Source: Psammoneis japonica (Eukaryota). Taken from it: 64,000 nucleotides of DNA. Below are positions 37,250 through 51,313 of the stretch, one piece after another. The position numbers were made by a program, and so were the translations under genes. Each line of letters begins with the position of its first letter. Positions within the stretch are counted from its first letter, which is position 1. Below the pieces are notes generated by a model. That model ran no database searches. It had not been told where the DNA came from and was given only the letters and a program-made list of their open reading frames with translations. The stretch spans positions 17,778-81,777 of the forward strand of contig QPGO01000176.1 in the NCBI GenBank assembly GCA_008632985.1. The letters are read 5' to 3'.

Positions 37250-40200
37250 GGTGGTGGTAGTTGATTGCATAAGGAAGTACTTGTACAACAAACGCAAAAG
37301 AAGAAGCGGCAAGAATGTGTCAGAGCATTGCCAGAAGGAAGCGGAAGCTGAAATTCGGTAAGGACAGATGGTACGTACGTAGAACTCAGTATATTTTTTA
37401 CGTGTGACGTGTTCAAAGAGAGAATGAAGTTCTTATTTCTTAGCATTTGTTTTCGATCTCAACATTATTTGAGAAAGAATAGTTGGGTCATGCACGATAA
37501 GAAAACGCGACTACATTCTTCTATTCACTCTCTATTCTACCAGCACTATCTACTGACCTGCTCTTACTTCAGCTCTCTACAGTATGAGTAGCTAGTAGCT
37601 CTCTCTACTCTACTCGCTCTGTAGCAAGAGTAGAGAGAGAGAGATCTACTCTCTACCGGTGCTCTCTAGCTAGACCTACAGTACTAGCTACTCTACTGGA
37701 GGGCCTAATGTCGACTACACTGGCAATGTAATTCTGCCTGCCCAAAGCCATGCATCGTGTGTCCGCGTAATCATTGGCGACTTGAAGGTCGAACTGTCCT
37801 ACGAAAAAGCAAGCCTGGACATCGTCATTTCCAAGACCCCAGCTCCATCTGACACTGTTTTAGCCGAAGAGGGTAAGTTTTATTCGCACTCATTCTTGCA
37901 TACGCAGTGCCGGATCCCGGGGCTATAGACTGAGCACAAAACCAGCCAGTGTCAGAACCTAGAGTAGAGCTTCCAAATGCTCAATGTCTTCCCAAGTCTG
38001 GACCATAAATTCCGGCATGATCAAAACAGTCACACGGGAAAAGAAGAATCACATCAAACGTTGAATCGTAGAGACAACAACAGACCTCAGAATGCCGGTG
38101 AGACGAAACACAATGGATCCGTCCGCATCCTATCCTGCAGGTGTCTTCAACAGTCCCGCCGACAACGATAATGCTGCAACGAAATAGCCCGTCAAGACCC
38201 AGTTCAGATCTCCCAGCGACAATGTCATTTCCTCCACCTTCATAAACCGACATTCAACATAAACCCATATTCCTCCTCAAGCAGCCTTCTGTTCAAGCTC
38301 GGATTCAGGCGTCTGGTCCTCTCGGTCCAAGAATCAGGGGCGGAGAGTCACGGGTAATAGGAGGCGAATAATAGGTAGGAGAAACGGCAATCGGTCATTT
38401 CTTCGAATCCATAGTCAGTAGGCCCTAGTTAGCTGTGCCCTGTCGACATCGCCGCCCTCATCCGTATGGCACTCTCCATTGCTAGTATTTGCAAGAAGTC
38501 ACACATCAGAATGGCCCAAAAAATCCACCAAATCTTGTTACCAGCAATTGTTCCTTCGGCTTGGGAACCTGAACCCGACCAGACGACAACCACGTGAAGT
38601 TCACAGATTTCTGTCCGGCTAGTGTTTGGTTCTTGCTTATGATTTTCGAATTCAACAAATCTGCGCTACTCGATGAATAGTCGAGAACAAGCTCATTCAA
38701 GTCGCATCCAAAAAGCTTTCGAATTTGGCTTACTCTTGGTCGAGTTCACACAAGTGTAGCAGTTGCTGCACGTTCAACTAGCCCAACCATCAGCAACGAT
38801 CCTACCCGACGAGTCCACGCGCAGTTGCTGCAGAATGAGCGAATTATGTGCCTTATCCACCTTGGCGGCATTGCCGGCTTCGACATATTCGAACCCACCG
38901 CCTTGGCCCTCGTTCGAAACAAGAGTCGTATCATCTTCTCCGTCAATGTTGCATTTGGTACTGTTATCATTCTCTTTGGAATGTGTTTTGGAGACTTGCC
39001 TGTCCATCCTCCGATTCCATCTCTCGCTCTTGATATCGCCATCTCCGCATCAATTTCTTCACCCGCATCTTCATCTTTAAACTTTTCTTCAATGACAGCA
39101 GCATTGTTTTGCTGTTGTACGATGCTTATTCAACGTAGTCATACGCAGCCCCGCCTTGAATGTCAATGGAAGCCACATCTCCGTCGATTGCCTTTATTCT
39201 CGTTTCATGAATTCCAACAGCTTTGGCATGAGCAATCTTGCAACAACCTTTGCAATGACATGAAGCCTCAAACCAAATGCTTTCTTCGATTCAATCAGCA
39301 GCATGTACCTTGGGCGTCACCTGGAACGCCCGCTCCCAGTTACCATTCTCACCACGACAACCACCCTACCCCGAATCGCGATCTCTAAAGAGCATGTGAG
39401 CTCAGAGCATGTTATAGTCCAGACATAGAACTGCAACTCCACTAAGTATCATCAAGTAAACGTGTGCATAAGAATCTCAAGGATCAATCAATCCTCCAAG
39501 CTCCAAGCTTCAAGTTGTGCAAGTCTTGCTGGACACAGCGTCCACGAACGAGAGAGCTTTGAGTCTCAGTGGTGTCCTTTTGCTGGAGATGTATCCGCTC
39601 TTGTCAGATGTGATGATCATGGGAAACAGTGTCAATGGATTTCACCAGAAGTCACTCCTTGCCGGTAGGAGGAGGAGGACTCGAGACTCAAGGGGAGGTG
39701 GAGTAACATCCGAGCAACAAGGCTTGTCCCGCAACAATTCCATTACGGCAACTAACTTATACGCAAATTCATTCGACAGAAATTGGCGAAGTAAAGAGTA
39801 CCAAAGGATTCACTAAGCGGCACTTGATACGACGTAGTTTGGTGATGGGAAAAAAACGCGAAGGAACGCCATGGTGGGCGTTGTAAAGAAACACAGAAGC
39901 TCGCAGTAGGCTGTAAAATAGACCTCGTAATGTGACACGTCATGCATGCGTCATTGTCACGTGCGAACTTCCGTCCGTCCGTCCGTCCTTCCAACCACAC
40001 TGCCCTTCAAGCCCTGCCGGTTGCCGGTGCAACCTAAATCTAATCAGCACAATGGCGGTCAATTCAAACCAGACTTGACTACGCTCACGTGTTCACATGA
40101 CACAAAACTCGTTCATTACCATTTCACAATCACATGGGTTTCTTGGCATCCAAGGCTGCTCCGCCAGAGTGAGAGTCGTCACAACTTTTTTCTGCCAGCA

Positions 40201-40949
40201 GCAGAAAACACCCGCTTGACGGACCGCTCATGTGGTGCGACCACTCCATGAGAGCCAGACAATCACCTTCTTATGACAAGCAATGTTCTCTGCTGTTGCT
40301 TGCATGGCATGCATCACTGTTGAAGTTGGGTGCACGTGCCGTTGATCGGAAGCTGCTGGTGGAGAGATGGGAGATTTGTTGCGATCCTCAAGAGTCACTC
40401 GAGATTCGAGAGAGAGGAGTGGTGATGGGAGGTCAAGAGAGACACTGAGCAAACAGATGATGAAAGATGGCACAAAAGATGAAGAAAACACAGCTGGATT
40501 TTTTTAACTGCTGCTGGCAGATCGTTCTTTTCCATCATGCACGCTTGTTTGAATGGAGGTGAACTTTGCAAAGTGATTGTCTTTCTCGTAGAAAGCTGGT
40601 TTCATTGGCCAAGGTGTTGGTTTGATGCAAAGGGTGCAGCTGTCATCTGAGCAGCAACAATGGGACAGCCATTGGGTCTGGCAAGCACACTCAAAGAAAG
40701 CTGCATTTTTTACACGACATCTGCGCCGTCAACGAAATGAGATCGTTGCATGTGCTTGCAAAACATTCACACACAGAACGGGCCATTCCTCACAAACTGG
40801 CTGTTCCTCACAAGCTCTCTTGACTTTTCTTTTTTCAACTTGTTTCTTGAAAAAGTGCAGGTTGTGCATCAAGAACCAAAACACAAAGTTGTCATCGCTT
40901 CGACCACCTGTGCCAAGACGTGTGGCCAGAGAGCATCAGGAACTCCATT

Positions 40950-41920
40950 TTCTCAATGCAGCAGGTGTCGCCCGTCCTCGTTCATGTCACAGCAGCAGTC
41001 CATTTCATCCTCTGACTCAGTGGCAGGCATGTCAATGTCAGTCAAAGAATGTGAAGCCTTGGCCATTTCTTTGGGTGAAAGAGTGAGTGCAGAGCAACCA
41101 TCCAAAAAGAGGCGGTGGAGACTCGGCATCAACAGAACCTCTTTGAAAATTTGAGTCAAGGTCTTGCAGCCGCCCTCATTCAGCTCTTCTGGCTTCTGAA
41201 ATGATGCCACTGTGGGAGGCAGCTCTTCAAGATCACGAGCAAGAAAAGCACAAATTCAAGGTGACCAGATTCGACAGACTGCTTGTGCCAATGCTGTTCA
41301 AGAAATCTTGAGGACAATGTGTCAATCCAAATGACAAGCAGAGATCTTCGAGCTTGGACAGCTGACCAGTCTCAACAGGAATTTCAGTGAGGCTGTTGCA
41401 ATGGCCATGGCTGAGTCTGTCCAATTGATGCAAGAACTGTCCAATTCCTGGGGGAAGCTGAGTGAGAGATTTGTGCCAGTTCAAGCTCAACTCTTCCAAA
41501 CTTGTCAAACAGATGACATCATTTGGCAGCCCCTCAAGATTTTTGCATGATGACAAATTCAATTCTTCAAAACGCAAGAGTTGATCCAAACTACGAGGCA
41601 GTTGTTCAAGCTTTTCACAACCGCTGAATGACAATGTCTTCAAAGTTTGTCAGTTGTCCAATCTCATCAGGCAACTCAGTCAGGCTCTTGCAATTGCAAA
41701 GGTGCAGCCATTTGAGGCTTGCCTGTCATCCAATCTCATCAGGCAACTTGGTCAATGTCTGACAATGGGAAATGAGTGGCTCTTCCAGGTTTGTCAATTG
41801 CCCAATCTCTGGAGGCAGTTGCCAGAGATTCAAACAATCCTTCAAGTCCAACAAAACCAGTCAGCACAACATGCCGATTTCAGGCAGTCCATTCTGCAGC
41901 AACGTCAAGCTGGATTTCTT
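40950..41920 (-). pseudogene. Leucine-rich repeat protein relic (LxxLxLxxCxxLxxLP type)
   Basis: LSFSGCEKLEQLPRSL, LNLSSCKNLEGLPND, SLTQLPPGIG and CNSLTEIPVETG; repeated LPDEIG; stops and frameshifts. Confidence 0.8.
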
Positions 41921-44485
41921 GTGGCAAACAAAAGGTGACTCTTGTCTCTGCAATTTCAGCACCGTCTTTCACAATGCCAGGGCATGCAAGATCTCACAAG
42001 TCAAGAGGATGAGTGCAAACAGCAAACAGTGCACTGCACTGCAGTGACATGATGTGACAGTGACGCGCCACTGTTCCATGTTGTTGACACCAACGGCCAC
42101 CTGCAACAAGACCATCACAGCAGGCACGCACCAGATGAGTGCACAAACCATCACTGCGGTGATGACTTGCACCAAACCAACTGGTCGTTTGGCAACTGGC
42201 AGTGTGCGGGGCCCTGCTCCAACACCACATGCTGCATGACAAAGAGACCTTGTCAAAAAACCACCAGAGCTGATGATGACATTGACACAGCAGACAAGGT
42301 GTCTCAAACACTCATCTTTTTTGGACCATTGCAACAGATGCTCTGTTGAATCCTGTCAATGTGTGGTTGCAATCATCCATTTGGAAATGCACATTTTGGC
42401 AAGACAAATTGAAACACACCATTTTGCTTTTTGTTGTGACATGATGACTCGTGCCGGTTCTTTTCATGCACTGGCCACCAACCAGATTTTCAGCACCAGC
42501 TGAGTTAAAGTCTGATTGTGTGAAAACATGTGGTGCAAAGTGAAAATCAAAATGATGTTGTCAATCTGTCCAAGGCTTGCTGCTTGTTGTCTCATTTGAT
42601 TTTCTTGCCCCTCCACAGCCACCTCTCATTGCATGAGCACATCAATGAACCCAGCGTCATTGCCACATTGTCAAACCCATTTGAGCAATGGCAGACCAAG
42701 ACAAGTCTAATTGAAAACTTCAAAAAAGCATTGTGATGCATTCAGCCTGGCACTCATGATGAGTGGGAGAGATGAGCAAAAAAAATGCATGCAGAATGAA
42801 GCTGGTCATCAAACAGCAGGCTTGCTGGATTGGTTGCAAAGACACAAATGTCAAATCTGAAAATGGCAAGCATGGCTTGCAAATGAGCACTCATGGATTG
42901 CTTTGCCCATTTGTTGTGGCATGAAAGAGGCCAAACACAATTGTCGCAAGGTCAAAAACAAATGAGAAAGCAGGGCATTGCCATGAAATTGGTTTGTGAT
43001 GATGTCATGTCCATCTGTTGGTGTTGAGAAAGGGTCAATTCTTCACCTTCATGCTCTGAGTCACAAGCCTTGAACCCCATGTGATTTTGCCCCCGTCAGA
43101 GCCTCAAAATGCACACAAGATGTGAGCATTGTCAGCTTTGCACTCTTTGAACCAATGTCTTGCAAGAGTGCCACAGGCGCGCACTGTTCATGGAATCTTG
43201 CATTTCAAAATGGAGGACCCAATTCTTGCAAAGCACCTTTGTCACACAGGCAAGTGCAAGAGAAAATTTTCAGTGACTGGCCACAGAGTGACACTGACGT
43301 TCACCCCCCTTCTGGCCCCAAAATGGTGTGCTTGTCTTTGCATCTGCGTGTGCTGTCTGTCAGTGGAAGCAAGCATTTGGTTCAAAATGGAAAGGCAATT
43401 GTGTGCTGGATGATGTGTGTTGCTCTGACTCTCAGCCAAGCTGTGTCTCAGCTGCAACCCATTGCTTGGCCCTGCTGACTCAGTGCATCCTGAGACCAGC
43501 TGCTGACTTTGTCACCATGGCCATGAAGCAAGTGTGCTGTCATCCAAGTGAGATGTCATCAACTTTGAGAATGCAGCTGGGCCCCACCTTGCCCCAATCC
43601 TCAGATGCCAAAGGCTCAACATTCAAGCTGATTGGCTTGCAGACCAGCTCCACATTCAACAGACACAGGGGACATCCATTGAGTCCCTTCACCCCCTCCT
43701 CAACTTCAGGCCCATTTTTCTTTTGTTTCTGATTGGTCAGTTGCTGCAGAACTCAAGGCTGCTGTTTGGCATGCTGTGGCGATGGCTCCTCCGCTGTTGG
43801 AGCATGATGTTTGTGAGAGGAGCAACTCTGTTCCAGACTCTGTTCCAGACCTTGCCCATCAGAAGGTCCACTCCACTTTCATCCACAGGAACTTGAAAAA
43901 TCATGTTTTTGCTGTCAAAACGAAGATTGTCTGCTGGTGCAGCCCTGTTTGCCCATGTCATTGTCTTGAATGGTGTGGGCATCCCACAGAGGATCTTGGC
44001 CATGTTCTCAACAAAAGTGTCCAGCCATCCAGCCATGGCACCACAAATTCCCACATGGCCTCTGCAAGCACTGCAACAATCTCAATGCTGTGCCACCTTT
44101 GTGTGACTTTCTGCTCTTTTTCTCAGAGGCACAGGTCAGCATGCAGTGAGACAGTCAGTGAAAAATGCATCCATCTGAAGCTGCAAAAGTTCTGGCATGT
44201 CAAAAGTGAGATTTGGTGGCTTCAAATTTTCAATGGACATCACTCTAAACTTTGTAGATTTTTTTTTCAAGAGAAACTTGTGAAACAAGTCTGGTCTGCT
44301 GCAGCAATGTCAGCAAGATGACAAGCTCTTCCATCAGCCAGTGTGGGCAGTTCAAGTTGGGTTGCACATGTGGAAGTTACAGCAGGAACCATGGGAAAAG
44401 CACAAAACATCAGGGTCAATGGACATCGCAGGAGACACATGGAAGTCAGCTCAATGTCAACTTGTTTTTTGCACAAGATGCTTGG

Positions 44486-45179
44486 CTACGCGCGGAACAA
44501 ACGGTTGTCAGAGGAATAAACAGGTTTCAGATGAAGCATGGACAGACCGCAAAGTATGGGAACTTTCACGTAGATTCTACGAGACAAACGGGTGATAGAC
44601 AGACAAATGCGACAGAAGAGTCGATTTCTGTCGTCCCCGTGCTTTTTGTACGGCATTCGATGCTGACAATGGCGTGCCACCGGTGATGCCATTGATCAAT
44701 TTGTATGTAACGAATGCACCATACATGTCGTTTGGTGAGTGATAAGTACAGACATGTGCCCACATCGACCGTGGATGTAGGTTGTAGCTGAATTCAGGGC
44801 GTCGTTGTCACCAGCTATTTCTACAATTTTCTACGTGAATTACGCGTAGCAACTGTACGGAATGTTGATGACAATGGCGTCATCTTGAATGGTCGATTGG
44901 AGCACTTAGACAATCACGAGTGAGCCAAATGGTGTATCATTTAAATTAAGTACGTTTATATTGTTATGTGCGTATGCCTCAAATTAGTGTGGATGTTGTT
45001 TTCATCCCCATATGGACGCCATTGTCGCTTCTCGTGTTGCGTCGCACTTTTGTGAGTGTCTGTCGCATTTTTCGATTCAACCTCATCTTTTTTTGAAATT
45101 GTACGAAATTTCTATATAACTATTTTAGCAGAAAAACGCTAGGAAACTGGTGTCTGACACCTGTTTATTCCGTCCGTAG
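44486..45179. mobile_element. Non-autonomous TIR element (MITE-like), 694 bp, 4-bp TSD TTGG
   Basis: TIR ctacgcgcggaacaaacggttgtcaga versus the reverse-complemented right end ctacggacggaataaacaggtgtcaga (22/27). ttgg at 44482-44485 and 45180-45183. Confidence 0.8.
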
Positions 45180-48149
45180 TTGGCACCACTCAAACCAGAA
45201 AATTGTTCTTGTCAAAGCAACAGCAGAAATGGCTTGCTTGATGTCTCCAGTCCCAACATGTCAAAATCCAAAATTCTTGAAGCTGATGATGCCTCTTCCT
45301 CACATTGGCTGGTGGGGGCATGACATGTGCAGCACCCTCTAAAACAACAATCAGCTCATCTGCAGATTGGGGCACAGTGTCATCTTCATCATCCAACTGA
45401 TGCAAGAGCAACAGCAGCAGGTTTTTGTGATTTGGATTCTTGAGATGAGCACCAAATCACCCCCCCCCCCCCCCCCCCTCCCCCTCCCATCCAAAAAAGA
45501 CTCCCCAACAAAACTTTTTTCAAAGTCAACATGATGTGTCAGTCTGACAAAAGCAGCCAAGCAAAAAGAAAAATGAGATGAAGACAGCACCACACAACAA
45601 AAATTCTCTCAACTTAGATTGCCCTGGCTGTTGACTGGAAAAAATGACTGCTCATCACACCAGCCAAAACAGAGCAAAATCACTGAAGCACACACAAGGC
45701 CAGAGAACTGTGCAGAGTTGAGTGTTGCTGTTTTTGGTGGCCATTGACCCAGCAGAGCAGGTTGGAAGTGTTGGAGGCAGTGCCACCAGCAGTGGCAGTG
45801 CTGCTGCAACATGGCCCTTCTTTTCTCTGACTTCTCTTTGTTGGGACCATGTCTCTTGTTGTCTTCGACACTCAGCGGCAACCATGCCATGTCCACACCA
45901 CTCTCTGGCTGGCAGCATTTGAGGCCACCTGTGTGTTGCCGGCACATGATGATTTGATGGCAGCAGCCACCCACCCAGATTGAAAGCTGCTGCTTTGTCA
46001 CATGCAAAGCTGTGGACACTAAAATCTGAACATCATCATTTGCTGTTGACCGCACTTTGTGGAGCTTTCAAGTGGTCACATCTCTGCAATGTCTCATGGG
46101 TTTGCTGTTCATCATGTTTTGCAAACATTGCCTTGTGTGACGATGTCTTTTGGCAAGAGTCACTGTGTGCAATGCATCTTGTTGTTAAAGAGCAGTGAGG
46201 AATTTGCTTCTTGTTTGGCGGCTCTCTTTTTGATGCTTTCAATCTCTGCCTGATGTTTGGGTTCAAGGTTGGCCTGCTGCAGCTGTGTGCTCTGCAAGTC
46301 AGCACATTTTGAGCCCAGCAATCATTGTTCCAGGTTGTTGCCACTGCCAGGAGGAGGTGTCTTTTGGCATGTGTGGGCACCACAAAATGTGGCAAGGGTG
46401 TCCTTCTTGGCACATTTTGCACAGTCTGCCTGGTTGTCTTCATCAAACCACCTTGTTGTCCTCCTGCCCGATGGCTGCTCTTTTCTTTGACCCTTGCACA
46501 AGGCTGACTGCAGATTGCACACAAACCAGTTGAGCACATGAAGTCAGAGCACAAATCAATGTGCACACACATCTTTGGCTGTCTTTCCCAGCCAAACCAC
46601 CAGCAAAATTCCAGCACTGAGAAAACAGACAGACAGAAACAGCTCTTTTGTGGTGTGTCTCAAGAGCAGCAGACAACAAAGACATGGTGGTCTTTGCATC
46701 ATCATGAGGTGCCAAACAAAGAGCCTGTTGCTGTCCCAAAGGATGTAAAAAACACAGAGACACCAAAAAACTGCCAACTCAGCTTTTGTCCACAGCTGTT
46801 GGCAGAGTTCTTTTGGAAAATGGACAGTGTCTCAGTGTCTCATCCTCCCTGCTCACAACCACTTGCCAAACTTTACAATCATGCTCAACAGTGCATTGGC
46901 CTTGACCACCTGATCACATGCTGCAGTTGCTCATGCAACCTTGGCAACCTTCTTTTGCACTGCAACCTCTGCATCTCCAACATTCCCCCAGTTTTGTCCC
47001 ACCAGATTACAAACAGGGAGGCTGTTGAGAGAGAGAGAGAGAGACAGTGCAGTGACTTCAACTCAAATTGAATCAGTCAATTCAAATCACCTGTCCCTCA
47101 CCCCTTGGATCATTTTGGCACAAAAGCTCACCACACACTTTAATGACAGCAGCCAGCCACTGATGAAGCCACCACAAAAGTCTTGCTCCTGACTTCAGAA
47201 AATGCCATTGTGCCATCTGTTTGTCCAAACAGTTGGACAACCATCCAAATGGCAGCTCTGCCTCAGCCACTTTATTTTGTTGGTCACATTTGACCAAAAA
47301 TTGGCTTTGCCAATTTTGTTTGCTCATTTGAGAGAGAGAGGGGGGGGGGGGGGCAGAGCCAAAGTGCTGAGCTGTCAGCAACAGCTGAGTGGTGCTGCTT
47401 GTGCCCCCCACTGCCACATCTGCACTGAGAGCTTTTTCTCTGCTGCTGCTGCTGCTGCTGGTGGTGCTTCCATGGCTGCCAGCAATTCCTTGTGCAATCC
47501 CAGCCTTCAAGGGTGGTGCTGGGTGTGTGGTGTGCCCCTGCCTTTCTGATCCTTGGTGCCTGGCTTTGGCAGTGGTCTCTGTTTCTTGACATTTTCAATG
47601 AGCTGTTTGCATGTCTTCCCTTCCATTCCTTTGTGCTCTGCAGCTGTGTGCATCACAACACTGTTGCCATTGCACATGCAGATAAAAAAGCAACAATCTG
47701 TCCTTGTTCATCATTCACATGTCAGCCCAAAACCGCGTGACGGATGCCACGCTCATGTCCGAAACACCCGTCCATGACATCCGTCTGTGTCCCCCCCCTG
47801 CTCTTGCGCCCAACCAGATGGGAGACAGATGAGTGAGACGAAGTCAGGGTTTGGGCAACCACATTGAAAATGACCAAATTTGCATGTGGTCTTTGTGTGA
47901 AATGGCATTTGATGACTTTCGATGGCTTCCGGACTTCATGGCACTTGCTTCACAAACAAGCACCATTGAAGATTCCAAATTTTGAATTGCCTTTGTCATT
48001 TTTGGGTTGGGATGCCATTGACTTCTGGCCAATTGATTGGCTGTTTTTCCATTTTGAGGTCATCAATCACAAACATTTGAATGCCAGTTGCTTTTGTGTT
48101 TCAATTCTTCACCCTCGGGTGTGGATGTGATGCAGGTGGCAGGACTTGA

Positions 48150-49260
48150 TGCAGCTGTGACACTTTTTTTCCGTTGAGATGATGGATTTTTGGGTTTGTG
48201 TGCTTTTTGCACACAAGCTTGCTTTCAAACCAGTGAACATGCCTGCAGAAAACTCAACCCCCTTTGTTTCTACACCTGACAAGGACAATGACACAACACA
48301 ATCCTGGATTGTTGCCACATTGTTGCAGCCAATGTCCAACATTTGCAGCCTTTGGTTGCAGTGCCTTGAAACCCATCACAGGGACAGAAGAGTTGGCAGC
48401 ACACATCTCTCTCCTTGGGGCCACACAAAATGGATCTCTCCACAGTGCGCACACCTTTCCTCATGCCTCAAGACAATGGAGGACTCAACTTGAAAAATGC
48501 AGGCTGACCTCACCCTGTGACTGTTGACAATCATCAACTCCAAATTGACCAAAGAAGCACCTTTCTTCAGCTGAACTTCTTCCTCAAAAAAGCCAACAGT
48601 GCTGCTGGCCTCTTTTCTCTTCACATCCTCATCAAGGTCCTTGTCACCATCAGATGGCAGCCATGGCAAAGGCTGAGAAGTGGGTCCACATGCCTTGATT
48701 TGTCCCCAGCTTGCTTGACACCACATGAGCACCTGGATGGGTTGCAAACAAAATGTTTTTGGACAGCTTGTCTTCTGAAAGAATGTGCCTGATGGTGCTT
48801 TGCTTTTTTCCACTTGAGGTTGCTTGCGTGCACATGGCACATAGACTGCAAGGTGGCCACCACGCAAGGAGATTTTGACTGTGTTCCCTCTGGTGTCTTC
48901 TTAAAAGTGCCGTCATTGATGGCACTCCAGTCAAGATTGGTGGCAGCAGCACAGGCTGCATTGCTGAGGATGTTGCTTTCCTTTGGCCTGGCTCAGTGTC
49001 TCACTGCCAGGCCCAGGGATGCAATGGCATGCTTGTTGATTTCCTTGACATCAGCCCATGAATTTTGTTCAAAAGCATGAAAAAGTCTTGCTCTGCGCTG
49101 GACCACCCTCAAATCAGTGGTTTCCGTTGAGAGTTTGACAAAACAACCAATTGAGCCTTTGACTCCATTGTTCAAAGTCTTTGGTGCAGACAAACAGCAA
49201 ACCCAAGAACTTTGTGGGCATCCTTCTCTCTGATGATGACAAATGTGACAATGTTCATTG
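48150..49260 (-). mobile_element. Helitron-type Pif1 helicase remnant
   Basis: LNGNH*FEGGP, NAACAAATNLDWSAINDG, HVDPLLSLCHGCHLMVT, VQLKKG, CNNVAT and LSGVETKG resemble Pif1 helicase motifs of Helitrons, with Tyr changed to Cys/His. Confidence 0.6.
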
Positions 49261-50959
49261 AAAATTTTTATCTCAGCTCGATGTCACACGCACAGACAAC
49301 GAGACACAGCCGTCCAGGCCAGGGCAGCGCCTCGCGCATCATCCTCACACGTTCTTCAAGCGCGTTCTTCACATTTAACATTTTCAATAATTTCGCGACC
49401 ATGACAACCGCAAGTTGATGAAGAGTTGAAAAATCACAACGACACCACGCAAGCAATCAGTTGTGTGCTTGTAATGGTGCTTACTTGCTATTTTTGGAGA
49501 CTGCTACATTCATTTTCTGTGTGCGATTCTACAATAATTTACTGCAGTGGCATTTACCGTTTCATCGTTACAGACAACAACAAAATCACTGCTGCTTCAG
49601 CACGTCGACGCAGCGACGAAAATTCTTTGGCCACATCATTCGATTCGACTGATGCTCATGCTGAGAACGATGGAGATGAAAATTATTACGATACTGTGTT
49701 GTCGGCTGTCTACGATTCCGTTTTAAAAGCCCACTGCACCCATACTGTATCATACGCCCTTGCTCTTGGAGCCTCCCTTGCCCTTACTCTTACCCTTCGT
49801 TGGCGCATGAGTAGGTTCTGGCGTAGGTTCCGGCATAGGTTCCGGCATATGTTCCGGCGTGGGTTTCGCTGTAGGAGCCGGGGCTCGTTCCTTGGGTTCC
49901 TATGATACCCTTGGAGGATGATCCACCCTTGCCTTGGAAGATGATCCACTTGTTGTTGCTTTTGTGATCTGCGATCGGTAAGTTTCGGGGGAGCAGCGAC
50001 ATTCAAAAATGAGTCTTCGTGACACCTACAGTTTGGACACATGCACAAAACACGTACCAACATTCAGGCAGCTAGCACGGTTCACCGTGGAAATGTGGAA
50101 AGAAGTGACAATATCGGTGGCGCAATTCAGAAGAAGAGCTTCCCGGTATTCCCTTAAAGCGAAATGCAAAGACATCCGAGACCGCCTTTGGTGGGAATCA
50201 AAAAGAACGCCTTTTCCGTTTCCGAGACGGCGAATTGCGACGTGGAGGGATTGGCAAGCGACAAGGCCGCGCTTGGGGCAACTGACTTTTCTCTAGTTCA
50301 CGCCGTGTACTGTACGATGCGTACGGTCCGAACAAGGCGGGGCTCCTCCTATTTGCCCAAAAATATGACTCTCCGAGCAAGATCCATTGTTTTCTCTGTA
50401 TTATGGATTCTTTAAGGATGGAGCCAATTCGGGATCCATGCTGTGGTATGATCTGTGCCGCTTGTTTTAACTCACTCATGACTATCATTGCTGCGTTCGT
50501 ACTCGTAGCGCCAATTCATGGCTATGCAATTCGCGGTGTGATGGCGACGGGTCTTACTAATACTTGTACTGTATATCAAATCAGTGTTGGTCAAAAGATG
50601 CTGTATATGGGCATTATCTTGTCGCCAAGAAGTTTCTTTGGCACAAGTTGGATGCATTGTAGGCTTGAATCTAGCCTCGATGGAAGTCAGTCGAGCGAAC
50701 CGGCTCGTAATTCGCAGAGGCAGTCGCCTGCTGCAAGTGCGCAGCCAGACTTTGCCGCATACTCTTTGCGAGGACGAGCTACAGGAGACGAGCCGGGGGA
50801 TGACATGGACTGGATGGATCGGCATGTCCCAATTTTCTATCAAGCTCAAGAACGACTTTTCACGTGCTGGCACCACCATACATGCATACGCCTCATCCGA
50901 TTCTTCATACGACTCGTCGGAAAATTCGATCCTGAGTGTTTTGGAGGACACTCATCAGG

Positions 50960-51313
50960 TCGCCTCTCATGAAGACAATGACCCATTTCACATTCTACTG
51001 TTGGGTGCAACCTTTGACCTTTGAGAAACCAAAAATTGCAGTCAATTGTGTTTCGGGATCACTCGAGTATGTCTTGGATATGCCTCCTTTGGAAGCTTTG
51101 GAGCTTTCTAATACTGCTCAGGAACATGGAACATCGTGTCTGGTAACGTGGAAGCGAGAGGAGTACCTCGCGCTGGGCAAGCAGCTTCAAGTACGAGACA
51201 TTTTCTGCCGTGTTGTTCCCTACGACTATTGTGAAGGCGGACATCGTGGATGGCAAGCTAAGCATGCTAGTGGAGGAGCTTCCAAGCCTGGAAACTTGCA
51301 AGGATTCAACTAG
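50960..51313 (+). pseudogene. Inverted duplicate of the 3' half of the ClpS-like gene
   Basis: DPFHILLLGATF...VSGSLEYVLDMPPLEALELSN...GFN*. A 7-bp duplication (cctttga) shifts the frame. The 3' UTR is also homologous. Confidence 0.9.

Larger units (their letters stand above)
40130..49265. other. Large TpA-depleted, mostly CpG-poor domain, interrupted by an unedited MITE
   Basis: TpA nearly absent except at 44486-45179. Confidence 0.85.

Noticed and set aside
37540..37700. ctact/gtag/gaga-rich tract as a structured RNA
   Set aside because: Low-complexity intergenic sequence without a recognisable RNA family.
37980..39300. Possible degenerate gene on the minus strand
   Set aside because: Coding-like acidic stretches, but fragmented and not assignable to a family.
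45459..45488. Poly-C tract (also poly-G at ~36055 and ~47340) as functional G-quadruplexes
   Set aside because: Simple homopolymers in decayed repeats; no supporting evidence.
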